A stretch of 64,000 nt of DNA, from NCBI GenBank assembly GCA_017429165.1, contig JAFRPL010000032.1:173007-237006 (forward strand). The letters are read 5' to 3'. This document shows positions 1 to 7,964 of this stretch, one piece after another (within the stretch, counting starts at the first letter, position 1; each line of letters begins with the position of its first letter). Under the pieces are notes generated by a model. That model made no database searches and had not been told where the DNA came from. It worked only from the letters and a program-made list of their open reading frames with translations. Made by a program: the position numbers and the translations under genes. The DNA comes from Clostridia bacterium (GTDB taxonomy: Bacteria; Bacillota; Clostridia; Oscillospirales; CAG-382).

Positions 1-435
1 GCCTATCTGAGCGCAGATGTTTTCATAAGCCGCGGCGCGCTCGCGCGCGGAAAGAAACGCGCGTACCGTTTCGAGTTTTCCGTCTCTGACGTTCCATGTC
101 TGCGGAACGCGCGCGGAGATCCCGCTCTTTTCGCCGTCGAAAACGCGCAAGTCGACGGCGACCGAAACGAATTCTTCGTCGGCGTATGTGACGCGCGAAG
201 TCATGACCGCGCCGTAAGGGAGGGAGCTGCCGCCGGCGCACGCGCGCTTGAACAGCTTTTTGCGGCAGAAAGAATCGAACTGTTCGCGCATCTCTCCGTA
301 AAACGCGTTCACTTCCGCAAAAACGCCGTCGCTTTCGGAAAATTCAGGCAAAGTTACCGAGCTTATGACGCGGATATTCCCGTTTCCGTCGGGATATTCA
401 CGCCTTTCTTTGATCATTTTATAAGATTTTTCCAT
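1..435 (-). CDS. Hypothetical protein, C-terminus cut by window edge
   Basis: Not in the ORF track because it runs off the left edge. Minus-strand translation from ATG 435..433 reads MEKSYKMIKERREYPDGNGNIRVISSVTLPEFSESDGVFAEVNAFYGEMREQF... and stays open to position 1. Composition is ordinary. Track ORF 23..241(-) is an Arg-rich shadow frame. No family confidently recognised. Confidence 0.5.
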   Translation of the reverse strand, partial: MEKSYKMIKERREYPDGNGNIRVISSVTLPEFSESDGVFAEVNAFYGEMREQFDSFCRKKLFKRACAGGSSLPYGAVMTSRVTYADEEFVSVAVDLRVFDGEKSGISARVPQTWNVRDGKLETVRAFLSARERAAAYENICAQIG

Positions 436-454
436 TACTTTCACCGGTTAGATT

Positions 455-1030
455 CTATGTGCGTCCGACGCACGTTATTATTCCGCAAACGAACGCGAGC
501 AACAAAAAGAAGATCCCTGCGTAAGTCACGAGTTCGGCGCAGACGCCCCCGCAGACGCGCATAAAGAGGCCTGTGCACGCGCCTGCGAAACCGGATACCG
601 CCGCGCGCGCGGGGCGCGCCTTGCAGATATGCGCCGTACACGCGCCGGCGGCGAGCGCAAACGGCAGGTGGTATATCCGGGCAGCGGGCATCGCTTCGCC
701 CGCAAAGAACGGCATGAGCAGAATAAACGGGATAGATACGGCAAACAGTATCCTCCCGGCGCCGCAGACTCCGCCGCGCCCGGCAGCGCACGCCGACACG
801 GCGAAGAGCGCGAAAGCGGCGCACAGGCCGGCACCGTATGAAGTATACAGATAATGCAGCAGTAAAAGTACCGCCGCGGCATAGACGAACGCCGCGCCTC
901 GCTTTGCGCCGCGCAAAAAGGCAAACAGGACAGCCGCCGCCGTGAACGCGACGGCGGCGAGCAGGGCGTTTTCGCCCGAGAACGACGAGACCGCCGCGGC
1001 GGAAGCGAGGACAAGCGAAAAATCGATCAC
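455..1030 (-). CDS. Ala/Gly-rich polytopic membrane protein (~191 aa)
   Basis: Track ORF 455..1159(-), trimmed to GTG 1030..1028. That GTG overlaps the TGA of the upstream gene (GTGA) and has GGAGGG 6 nt upstream. The sequence has several hydrophobic helices (VIDFSLVLASAAAVSSF..., LLLLHYLYTSYGAGLCAAFALFAV...). Confidence 0.5.
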   Translation of the reverse strand: MIDFSLVLASAAAVSSFSGENALLAAVAFTAAAVLFAFLRGAKRGAAFVYAAAVLLLLHYLYTSYGAGLCAAFALFAVSACAAGRGGVCGAGRILFAVSIPFILLMPFFAGEAMPAARIYHLPFALAAGACTAHICKARPARAAVSGFAGACTGLFMRVCGGVCAELVTYAGIFFLLLAFVCGIITCVGRT

Positions 1031-2427
1031 AGGTCTTCCCTCCTGCCCAGCGTTTTTTGCGGCACGGCGAGCACGAAATCGAACATAAAATCGCGCCGAA
1101 ACGGCATTATACCAAGCAAATACGGTACGCCGAGTTCGCGTTTTGCGCACAGCACGCACAGTACCGCACCCGTCGCCGCCGCGATCCCCGCAAAACCCGC
1201 GGCGTTCGCCGCAAGCAGGAACAGCAGCCTGAGGAGCGACGTGGTGTTCATATACACCGGGACGACGAAATTCGCCACCGCCGAGACCGCAACCGCGAGT
1301 ATTACCGTGGTCGAAGCTATACCCGCCTGTGTCGCGGCGTCGCCGATGATGATAGAGCCCACTATACCCACCGCGTCGCCCACCGAGCGCGGCATACGCA
1401 GGCCGACCTCGCGCAGCATTTCGAACACCAGAAGCATTATGAGCAGCTCCCAGAACAGCGGGACCGGGATTCCGCGCCGCAGTTTTTCCATGACTTCATA
1501 CAGCTCCGTGGGGATGAGCTCGTGGCGCGCATCCGACACTATCAGAAAAAGCGATGGCAAATAGAGTGCCGTGAGCAGCGAGGCGAAACGCAAAAGCCGC
1601 ATAAAAGTGGCGTAGAACGGCGAACGCAGATAATCTTCCGCCGACTGCAGCGATTCCATAAAAATATACGGCGCGGTAAGCACGAACGGCGAGCCGTCGC
1701 ATATGACGACCGCCCTGCCCGCCGCGAGCAGGCTCGCCGCCTTATCGACTTTTTCGGTATACCCGAACGACGGGAAAAAACCGTATTTGTTCTTACGCAG
1801 CTTGGATTCCAAATTGCCGCTGTCGACTACGACCGACAAATCGGCGCTTTGCAGTTTTTCGCGCAGTTTTTCGGCAAAGCCGGGAGGGACGCGCCCGGCG
1901 ACGTACATCAGCGCAACGCGCGTGTGCGTGACGCCGCCTTTTACGAAACGCTCACATTTGAGGTCGGGCGTACGGATTATCCGTCTTAGCAGGCTGACGT
2001 TCTTATCCATATCCTCAACGAACGCGGTCTGAGCTCCCTTGACGGTTATATCTGTTTCGGCCTTTGCCGCCGCCCTGCCGAAATAAGTGTCGGCGGAACA
2101 GACCGCGCAAAGCAGTTTTTCGTTCTGCAGCGCCACGAACGCGCCGCCTTCGCAAAGCGAATCGAACACTTTCTGCGCGTCGGCCGTTTCTTCGTACGCC
2201 GCGGCCTGCAGGATATCGCCTATGGAAGATATCTGCCCGGCGTCTTCCGCGTCCATAAGAGGGCGCAGGATCTTTTCGCTGATATAATTTTTATCGGCAA
2301 GTCCGCCGAGCGAGCATACAAGGGCGCATCCCCCTCTGAGCGCAACGCGCCGCACCGAAAGGTCGGCGCACGATTCGAAACGTCCGCGCACTGCGCGTTC
2401 GGCGGAATCTATGTTTTCAAACGTCAT
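1027..2427 (-). CDS. Spore germination protein, GerA-family A subunit / SpoVAF-like
   Basis: 466-aa ORF with a soluble N-terminal domain and a C-terminal multi-TM region (PLFWELLIMLLVFEMLREVGLRMP...GIVGSIIIGDAATQAG), typical of GerAA/SpoVAF proteins. No GerB or GerC partner is adjacent. Confidence 0.85.
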   Translation of the reverse strand: MTFENIDSAERAVRGRFESCADLSVRRVALRGGCALVCSLGGLADKNYISEKILRPLMDAEDAGQISSIGDILQAAAYEETADAQKVFDSLCEGGAFVALQNEKLLCAVCSADTYFGRAAAKAETDITVKGAQTAFVEDMDKNVSLLRRIIRTPDLKCERFVKGGVTHTRVALMYVAGRVPPGFAEKLREKLQSADLSVVVDSGNLESKLRKNKYGFFPSFGYTEKVDKAASLLAAGRAVVICDGSPFVLTAPYIFMESLQSAEDYLRSPFYATFMRLLRFASLLTALYLPSLFLIVSDARHELIPTELYEVMEKLRRGIPVPLFWELLIMLLVFEMLREVGLRMPRSVGDAVGIVGSIIIGDAATQAGIASTTVILAVAVSAVANFVVPVYMNTTSLLRLLFLLAANAAGFAGIAAATGAVLCVLCAKRELGVPYLLGIMPFRRDFMFDFVLAVPQKTLGRREDL

Positions 2428-2503
2428 TCACTTATCACCCGCAAGTTATTTTTTACCGCTTTAAAAAATATATTCCATTATAAAATTATTAACTTATTAT
2501 CTA

Positions 2504-2531
2504 TTGACACGGATGATTTAGGTGGTATAAT
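2504..2531 (+). promoter_or_regulatory. Sigma-A-like promoter (TTGACA-16 nt-TATAAT)
   Basis: TTGACA at 2504..2509 and TATAAT at 2526..2531, about 38 nt upstream of the ATG at 2569. Confidence 0.4.
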
Positions 2532-2568
2532 ATAATTCGACAATATACAATTTTAGGATGGTCTTCGT

Positions 2569-3750
2569 ATGAAGCTTAGGATCTTTACAATAGTACTTAC
2601 CGTGCTTGTCATTTCCATGACTCTCGTCTCGTGCCTCGTCACGCTGCCGCTGAACGACTCTTCTTCGGAAGCCGATAAGAGTTCTTCGCCGGCGGAAAGT
2701 TCGGAGCCGGGAACGAGCGGCGACCCGGTATCCGTGCCCGAAGACAGCACGCCAGACACCTCGCCCGAGCAGTCGCCCGACCCCGCGTCGCAGGACGTAA
2801 CGCACGAGGAAAGCAGCGAGCCGCCCGTGGAGGAGTCGTCGACGCCGCCTGTTGAGCAATCGTCCGAACCGCCCGTGGAGCAGTCGTCCGAACCCCCCGC
2901 TCCGGTATCCAAGGACCCGGTGGAAGAATCTTCGGAACACTCGCGCGAGCCGGTATCGCAGCCCGAGGAATACGACTATATCCCCGACGTGCCGGGACTT
3001 CCCTACACCTCGTACGAAGGTATGACCAAGAGCAAGCTCACGGCTTCGGAATACGACGCGTATTTCAAGGATTCGATGTTCATAGGGCTTTCGATATTCG
3101 TGCATTTTTCCACCTTCAACGAGACCATGCTCACCAAATATCCCGGATTCTTGGGCAACACGATAATATTTGCGAGATCCAACTTTTCGGCGTACAACAA
3201 CTTCAGGTATAAGCCCACCGACGAAGATTCGGTGCATCCCAAACTTAACGGCGTGAAGATGACCTGCGAAGACGCTGTCAAGGTATCCGGCGTGAAGACC
3301 GTGTATCTTTCGATAATGGCGCTGAACGAGCTGGGCATTTACAAAAACGACTGCGTAAAGAAAACTTACGACAGCACGGTCAAGCTCATAAACGCCATAA
3401 AAGCCAAATCCCCTTCGGTGGAGATAGTCATACTGAGCAACACCTATATGGTGTACGATTTCAACAACTTTAAGAACTTAAACAACGGCAACATTTCGGC
3501 GCTGAACAATATGATGCTCGATTACTGCAACGAACACGGGATGGATTTCATCGACGTTTCGACCATGCTGATGGACGGCAACGTGCTCGCCGACAAATAC
3601 TGCCGCGACGCGCATTCCGGCAGCGGCTGCCATTTGAACAACGACGGCTTCGCCATCTGGACCTGCGTGTTCCGCAATTACGCGTATCTCAAACAGAAAG
3701 GGCTTTACGAAAACCCGCCGTTCATGCCCACCTACACCAAGAACAAATAA
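2569..3750 (+). CDS. Lipoprotein with Ser/Glu/Pro-rich linker and SGNH/GDSL-like hydrolase domain
   Basis: Signal peptide with lipobox (TLVSC), a roughly 130-aa low-complexity acidic linker, and a C-terminal domain ending in a DxxH-like block (GCHLNNDGFAIW) typical of SGNH hydrolases. Confidence 0.7.
   Translation: MKLRIFTIVLTVLVISMTLVSCLVTLPLNDSSSEADKSSSPAESSEPGTSGDPVSVPEDSTPDTSPEQSPDPASQDVTHEESSEPPVEESSTPPVEQSSEPPVEQSSEPPAPVSKDPVEESSEHSREPVSQPEEYDYIPDVPGLPYTSYEGMTKSKLTASEYDAYFKDSMFIGLSIFVHFSTFNETMLTKYPGFLGNTIIFARSNFSAYNNFRYKPTDEDSVHPKLNGVKMTCEDAVKVSGVKTVYLSIMALNELGIYKNDCVKKTYDSTVKLINAIKAKSPSVEIVILSNTYMVYDFNNFKNLNNGNISALNNMMLDYCNEHGMDFIDVSTMLMDGNVLADKYCRDAHSGSGCHLNNDGFAIWTCVFRNYAYLKQKGLYENPPFMPTYTKNK
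2809..2904 (+). repeat. In-frame 24-nt tandem repeat x4 inside the linker
   Basis: Codon-aligned units at 2809, 2833, 2857 and 2881 encode ESSEPPVE / ESSTPPVE / QSSEPPVE / QSSEPPAP. Confidence 0.85.
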
Positions 3751-3774
3751 AGCATTTTGAAAAGAGGGACCGAT

Positions 3775-4236
3775 ATGAAAAAAGCATTAGCGTTGCTGCT
3801 CGTAATAGGCTGCGTGTTCTGCGCCGCCTGCGCGGGGAGCGAAAAGAAGCTCGCCTGCACGATGGACGGTCTGTTCGATATGATATGCCAAGTCAACGCC
3901 GAAGGCGATATGTTCGCGCGCAGCGCAGACCGTCTTGAAGAGCTCGGCATACCCGCGGACAGCTTTAAGGCCGGCAGATTTATGATACCCGAAGAAAGCG
4001 CCGGAGTTGAAACCATAGCGTTTTTCGAAGCCGTCGACGGCGATCAGGCGAACGTGATCAAAGCCGCGCTCGAAGCGTACGTGAACGCCACCAGAGTGGA
4101 ACAGAAAGACTACAACGCCGAAAACTATCAGGTAGCTCTCGACGCCGAAGTGGTAAAGGAAGGCAACTACGTTTACCTCGTTATGTCCAGCGCCAAAGAA
4201 GCGATACTCAAGATAATCAACGACAATCTCAAATAA
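3775..4236 (+). CDS. Small lipoprotein, DUF4358-like
   Basis: ATG 3775 with AGAGGGA 6 nt upstream. Lipobox in MKKALALLLVIGCVFCAAC. The C-terminal pattern (ETIAFFEAVDGDQANVIKAALEAYV...GNYVYLVMS) resembles DUF4358. The track start at 3757 is a TTG extension. Confidence 0.7.
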   Translation: MKKALALLLVIGCVFCAACAGSEKKLACTMDGLFDMICQVNAEGDMFARSADRLEELGIPADSFKAGRFMIPEESAGVETIAFFEAVDGDQANVIKAALEAYVNATRVEQKDYNAENYQVALDAEVVKEGNYVYLVMSSAKEAILKIINDNLK

Positions 4237-4254
4237 AACATTCAGAGGCGAACA

Positions 4255-5850
4255 ATGAATCTCAGACACCGCAAAAGAACGGCGCTCATAGTATTCTTGC
4301 TGTGCCTGCCGTTGGCTCTAATTGCGTATTTCCTGTTCACTTTCACCAACGAAAAACTCAACGCCGACGAAATAACGAATATGGAGATAACGAGCGACGG
4401 AGCGGAGACGGTCGTATACACCGACCGCGAAAGCATAAGCTTTTATACCGAGCTGTTTCTGGCTTCCTCCAAGCTCAATTCGCCCATGCGCGAGCTGGAA
4501 AACGAACCGGCGGTTAAGGTACGGCTCGAGCGCGAGGATTCGGTGCTCACGTACGTTATCTACCCCGAGCTTTCCGAGACCGGATGTATGTTCACCGATC
4601 CGCGCGGCGTGTGCTATCTTATTCCCAAGGAGGACGCGCGCGCAATGCTTTCGCGCAAGGAATTCTCGTTCCTATACGTGGCTTCGGCGCTCCCCGAGTT
4701 TAATATCGTTTCGGGGTCTTCTAAGACCGAGATACTGCCCGTTTCGTACGGCTGGTATTATAAAAAACAGGACGGCGCGTACGAGCAATACAAAGAAAAA
4801 CCGGTGACCGAAGGCGGCGAATATGCGCGCATCTATTCCAACCGCAGCAATTCGATGACCTTCAGCCGCAAGCCGGACGAGCTGAGCGTGACCATAACCG
4901 ACAAAGACGGCAACATACTGCCGCAGACCGAGCTCGGACCTCTGGTCTTCGGCAACGACACGGTGCTCAAAGTCACGGTGAACGCCACATGGCTCCGCAC
5001 CGGCGCGGGCAACTGCGACGGAAGCGCGTCTTACGATTTTGAACTGCTTTACGATATACCCGCCATTCTCACGCTTTCTTCCGATACGGCGCAGATAGGC
5101 GGAGGCGTGGTGATAAACGTAAGGTTTTTGAACGAAGACGAGACCGTGACGCTTAAATCCGGGCTCGACCTGGGAGAACTGTATTTCACCGAAAACGAAG
5201 GCGTCAAGACCGCCGTGCTGGGCGTTGCGGATACCAATTTCCCCGGCAAATATGAAATAGAGTATACCATAGGCGATAATACCGATTACTTCGACCTCAC
5301 CGTGGCGGGAAAGACCCAGGACGAAAGGTCAGAGATCTACCGTATGAGCGTGAGCGACGAGCTTTACGAACAGGCGCTGAGCGATTCCGCCAAGGCTGAG
5401 CTGAACGGGATAATCGAATCCATATACGCGACCGCCCCCGAAAAGACTTATTCGGTGCTCGGTTTCGCCAAGCCGGTATCTTCGGGCAAGCTTGTCCAGC
5501 CCTACGGCACGCGCGTTATCGCCAACGTGAACAACACGACCGACACTCATCTGTTCTACGCCATAGGCAACACCTATTCCGTGGATAAAGAGGCCGGAGT
5601 CTACGCCGCCGCCAAAGGCAGGATCGCCTATACCGGCGAATGCGGGACTTTGGGCAAAGTGGTCATAATCGACCACGGCTGCGGCGTTTTCAGCTGGTAC
5701 TGCGGACTCAGTTCCATAGAGCGCGGCGAAGGCACCGAGGTCGGTCCTTCCACGTTGCTGGGCAAAGCCGGAGTCAACCCGTACGACAATACTTCCACGG
5801 TGGTGTTCTGCGTCACCGCAGGCAAGGTGTTCATCGATCCAATACCCTGA
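4255..5850 (+). CDS. Membrane-anchored M23/LytM-family peptidase
   Basis: N-terminal TM helix. The C-terminal block GKVVIIDHGCGVFSWYCGLSSIERGEGTEVGPSTLLGKAG matches the M23 HxxxD/HxH-type core. Confidence 0.8.
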   Translation: MNLRHRKRTALIVFLLCLPLALIAYFLFTFTNEKLNADEITNMEITSDGAETVVYTDRESISFYTELFLASSKLNSPMRELENEPAVKVRLEREDSVLTYVIYPELSETGCMFTDPRGVCYLIPKEDARAMLSRKEFSFLYVASALPEFNIVSGSSKTEILPVSYGWYYKKQDGAYEQYKEKPVTEGGEYARIYSNRSNSMTFSRKPDELSVTITDKDGNILPQTELGPLVFGNDTVLKVTVNATWLRTGAGNCDGSASYDFELLYDIPAILTLSSDTAQIGGGVVINVRFLNEDETVTLKSGLDLGELYFTENEGVKTAVLGVADTNFPGKYEIEYTIGDNTDYFDLTVAGKTQDERSEIYRMSVSDELYEQALSDSAKAELNGIIESIYATAPEKTYSVLGFAKPVSSGKLVQPYGTRVIANVNNTTDTHLFYAIGNTYSVDKEAGVYAAAKGRIAYTGECGTLGKVVIIDHGCGVFSWYCGLSSIERGEGTEVGPSTLLGKAGVNPYDNTSTVVFCVTAGKVFIDPIP

Positions 5851-5930
5851 AAATAACGAATATACAACAGCATCATGCCGCGTCTTTGCCAAAAGGCGCG
5901 GCTTTGTTTTTGCGGAAAGGAAGAAAATGT

Positions 5931-6119
5931 ATGAAAAGGATAAGCGTGGCGGTAATGCTCGCGACCGCGGCAACGGCGACGTTTTTGTGCGGCGCGTTCC
6001 TGCTTTGGGGAGGAGGCGGCATAGAAGCCATACCGGCAAAGCGCGAATGCGCGGAACTGCTTGCGGCGTGTCTGACCGAAAGCGTAGGCTTTGCGGTGCT
6101 TTGCGAATACATACTGTAA
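5931..6119 (+). CDS. Small hydrophobic protein (62 aa)
   Basis: ATG 5931 preceded by GGAAGAAAA. Encodes MKRISVAVMLATAATATFLCGAFLLWGGG... and is followed directly by a terminator. Short, so uncertain. Confidence 0.4.
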   Translation: MKRISVAVMLATAATATFLCGAFLLWGGGGIEAIPAKRECAELLAACLTESVGFAVLCEYIL

Positions 6120-6130
6120 AAAGGCAGACG

Positions 6131-6161
6131 GGCGGTCCGGAAAAAACGGCCCGCCTTTTTT
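6131..6161 (+). terminator. Rho-independent terminator
   Basis: GGCGG-T-CCG / CGG-C-CCGCC stem followed by TTTTTT. Confidence 0.6.
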
Positions 6162-6172
6162 GTCAGTTCGTA

Positions 6173-6201
6173 TTGACAAACGCGCGGCGCGGGAGTATAA
6201 T
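6173..6201 (+). promoter_or_regulatory. Sigma-A-like promoter (TTGACA-17-TATAAT)
   Basis: TTGACA 6173..6178 and TATAAT 6196..6201, upstream of the AbrB-like gene. Confidence 0.5.
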
Positions 6202-6230
6202 GTAAGAAAAATAAGAAAGGTAGGAAATGT

Positions 6231-6443
6231 ATGAAAGACAAAGCCGAAGGACGCTTTATCGTCAGCGTCAAGGTCGGTCCCAAGGGGCAGATCACCATAC
6301 CCAAGGAAGCGCGCGAGATGTTTGATATTTCTGTAGGCGACACTCTTATGGTCCTGGGGGACAAAAAGCGCGGGATAGCGCTTTTGAAAGACGAAATGTT
6401 TTACGGTTTGATGGAGGCAAACGATGGCGATAAAAACGCATGA
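6231..6443 (+). CDS. AbrB/MazE/SpoVT-type DNA-binding protein
   Basis: 70 aa. The motif VKVGPKGQITIPKEAREMFDISVGDTLMVL is the classic swapped-hairpin SpoVT-AbrB fold. Overlaps the downstream ABC gene by 20 nt. Confidence 0.8.
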   Translation: MKDKAEGRFIVSVKVGPKGQITIPKEAREMFDISVGDTLMVLGDKKRGIALLKDEMFYGLMEANDGDKNA

Positions 6444-7152
6444 ACTGTGCAAAGAGTACAAAGACGTAAAGGCGGTCGACCGGCTTTCGCTTGAAATAAG
6501 CGAAAACGAGATATTCGCGCTGCTGGGCGTGAACGGAGCGGGCAAGACCACCACGGTCAAAATGCTTTCATGCCTCACCCGCCCCACTTCCGGCGACGCC
6601 GAAGTTATGGGATATTCGGTGACGAAAGATCCCGAAAAAGTCAAATCGGTCATAGATATTTCGATGCAGGAGACCGCAATAGGCAGAAATCTGACCGTTA
6701 TGGAAAACCTGAAATTCTACGCCGGGATACGCGGGCTTGACGGATCCGCCGCTAAAGCGCGCATAGACGCAATGACCGAGGCGTTCGGATTTGAAAAGGT
6801 GCTCAAAAAGCGCGGCAAGACGCTTTCCGGCGGGTGGCAGCGCAAACTTTCGATCGCCATGGCGCTGCTTTCCGAGCCGAAGGTGCTCTTTCTGGACGAA
6901 CCCACGCTGGGGCTCGACGTGCTGGCGCGCCACGAGCTTTGGGATATGATACACAGGCTCAGAGGCGGCACGACCGTGGTGCTCACAACGCACTATATGG
7001 AAGAAGCCGAAAAGCTTTCGGACCGCATAGGAATAATGAAAGAAGGCAGACTTATAGCAGTCGGGACCGCCGAAAGCTTTATCCAAAACACCGGATGCGC
7101 GAACTTTGAAGACGCGTTCATCGCGACGGTGACGGAAGGGGGCTTGAAATAA
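6424..7152 (+). CDS. ABC transporter ATP-binding protein
   Basis: Walker A GVNGAGKTT, signature LSGGWQRKL, Walker B VLFLDEPT. Confidence 0.9.
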   Translation: MAIKTHELCKEYKDVKAVDRLSLEISENEIFALLGVNGAGKTTTVKMLSCLTRPTSGDAEVMGYSVTKDPEKVKSVIDISMQETAIGRNLTVMENLKFYAGIRGLDGSAAKARIDAMTEAFGFEKVLKKRGKTLSGGWQRKLSIAMALLSEPKVLFLDEPTLGLDVLARHELWDMIHRLRGGTTVVLTTHYMEEAEKLSDRIGIMKEGRLIAVGTAESFIQNTGCANFEDAFIATVTEGGLK

Positions 7153-7895
7153 TGAAATCTCTTAAACGTATTTACGCGTTCGCCGCAAGGAACATAAAAG
7201 AGACGATACGCGAGCCGCTCACGCTGATATTTATGTTCGCGTTCCCGCTGTTTATGGTGGCGCTGTTCTATTCCCTGTTCCATTCCGCCGCGCCGCAGTT
7301 CACGATGGCGAATCTCGCGCCCGGGATGATGGTGTTCGGCCAGGCGTTCATTACGCTGTTTTTAGGCATACTCATCGCGTCCGACCGCGCATCGTCGTTC
7401 GTCATACGCCTTTACACCACCGAGCTCAAACCGATGGAATTCCTCGCCGGGTACGAGCTTTCGATGGTGCCGGTCGCGCTCCTTCAGGCAGTGCTCATTA
7501 TGGCGGAAGCTATGATCATAGACCCCTCGTTCGCTTCGTGGAACGTGCTGCCCGCCATAATCATAGGACTTATCCCCGCAAAGCTGTTCCTTTCGTTCGG
7601 CGTGCTGTTCGGCTCGTTCTGCACCGAAAAGACGGTCGGCGGCGTGTCTTCCATAGTCATAACCGCGCAGTCGATGCTCAGCGGTATGTGGTATCCGCCC
7701 GAAGGGCTGAGCGGCGCGTTCGTCACGCTGATGGACATACTTCCCTTCAAGAACGCCGCGCTCGCGGTGAGCAGCGTGGCGACCGGCAACGTGAGCGTGG
7801 AAAACACGCTTGTCCCTTCGCTAATCGTGCTCGGCTACGCCGTGGCGATATGGATAGCCGCGGTGTTCATCTACCGCCGCAAAATGATCCAGTAG
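7152..7895 (+). CDS. ABC-2 type transporter permease
   Basis: 247 aa with about 6 TM helices. Its start overlaps the stop of the ATPase gene (TAATG). Confidence 0.85.
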   Translation: MKSLKRIYAFAARNIKETIREPLTLIFMFAFPLFMVALFYSLFHSAAPQFTMANLAPGMMVFGQAFITLFLGILIASDRASSFVIRLYTTELKPMEFLAGYELSMVPVALLQAVLIMAEAMIIDPSFASWNVLPAIIIGLIPAKLFLSFGVLFGSFCTEKTVGGVSSIVITAQSMLSGMWYPPEGLSGAFVTLMDILPFKNAALAVSSVATGNVSVENTLVPSLIVLGYAVAIWIAAVFIYRRKMIQ

Positions 7896-7902
7896 CTGCA
7901 TC

Positions 7903-7931
7903 TTGACACACGGCGTTTGCGGATATATAAT
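7903..7931 (+). promoter_or_regulatory. Sigma-A-like promoter (TTGACA-17-TATAAT)
   Basis: TTGACA 7903..7908 and TATAAT 7926..7931. Confidence 0.5.
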
Positions 7932-7964
7932 ATTGATATCCCCAAACACGAAAGGAGAGCCGTT

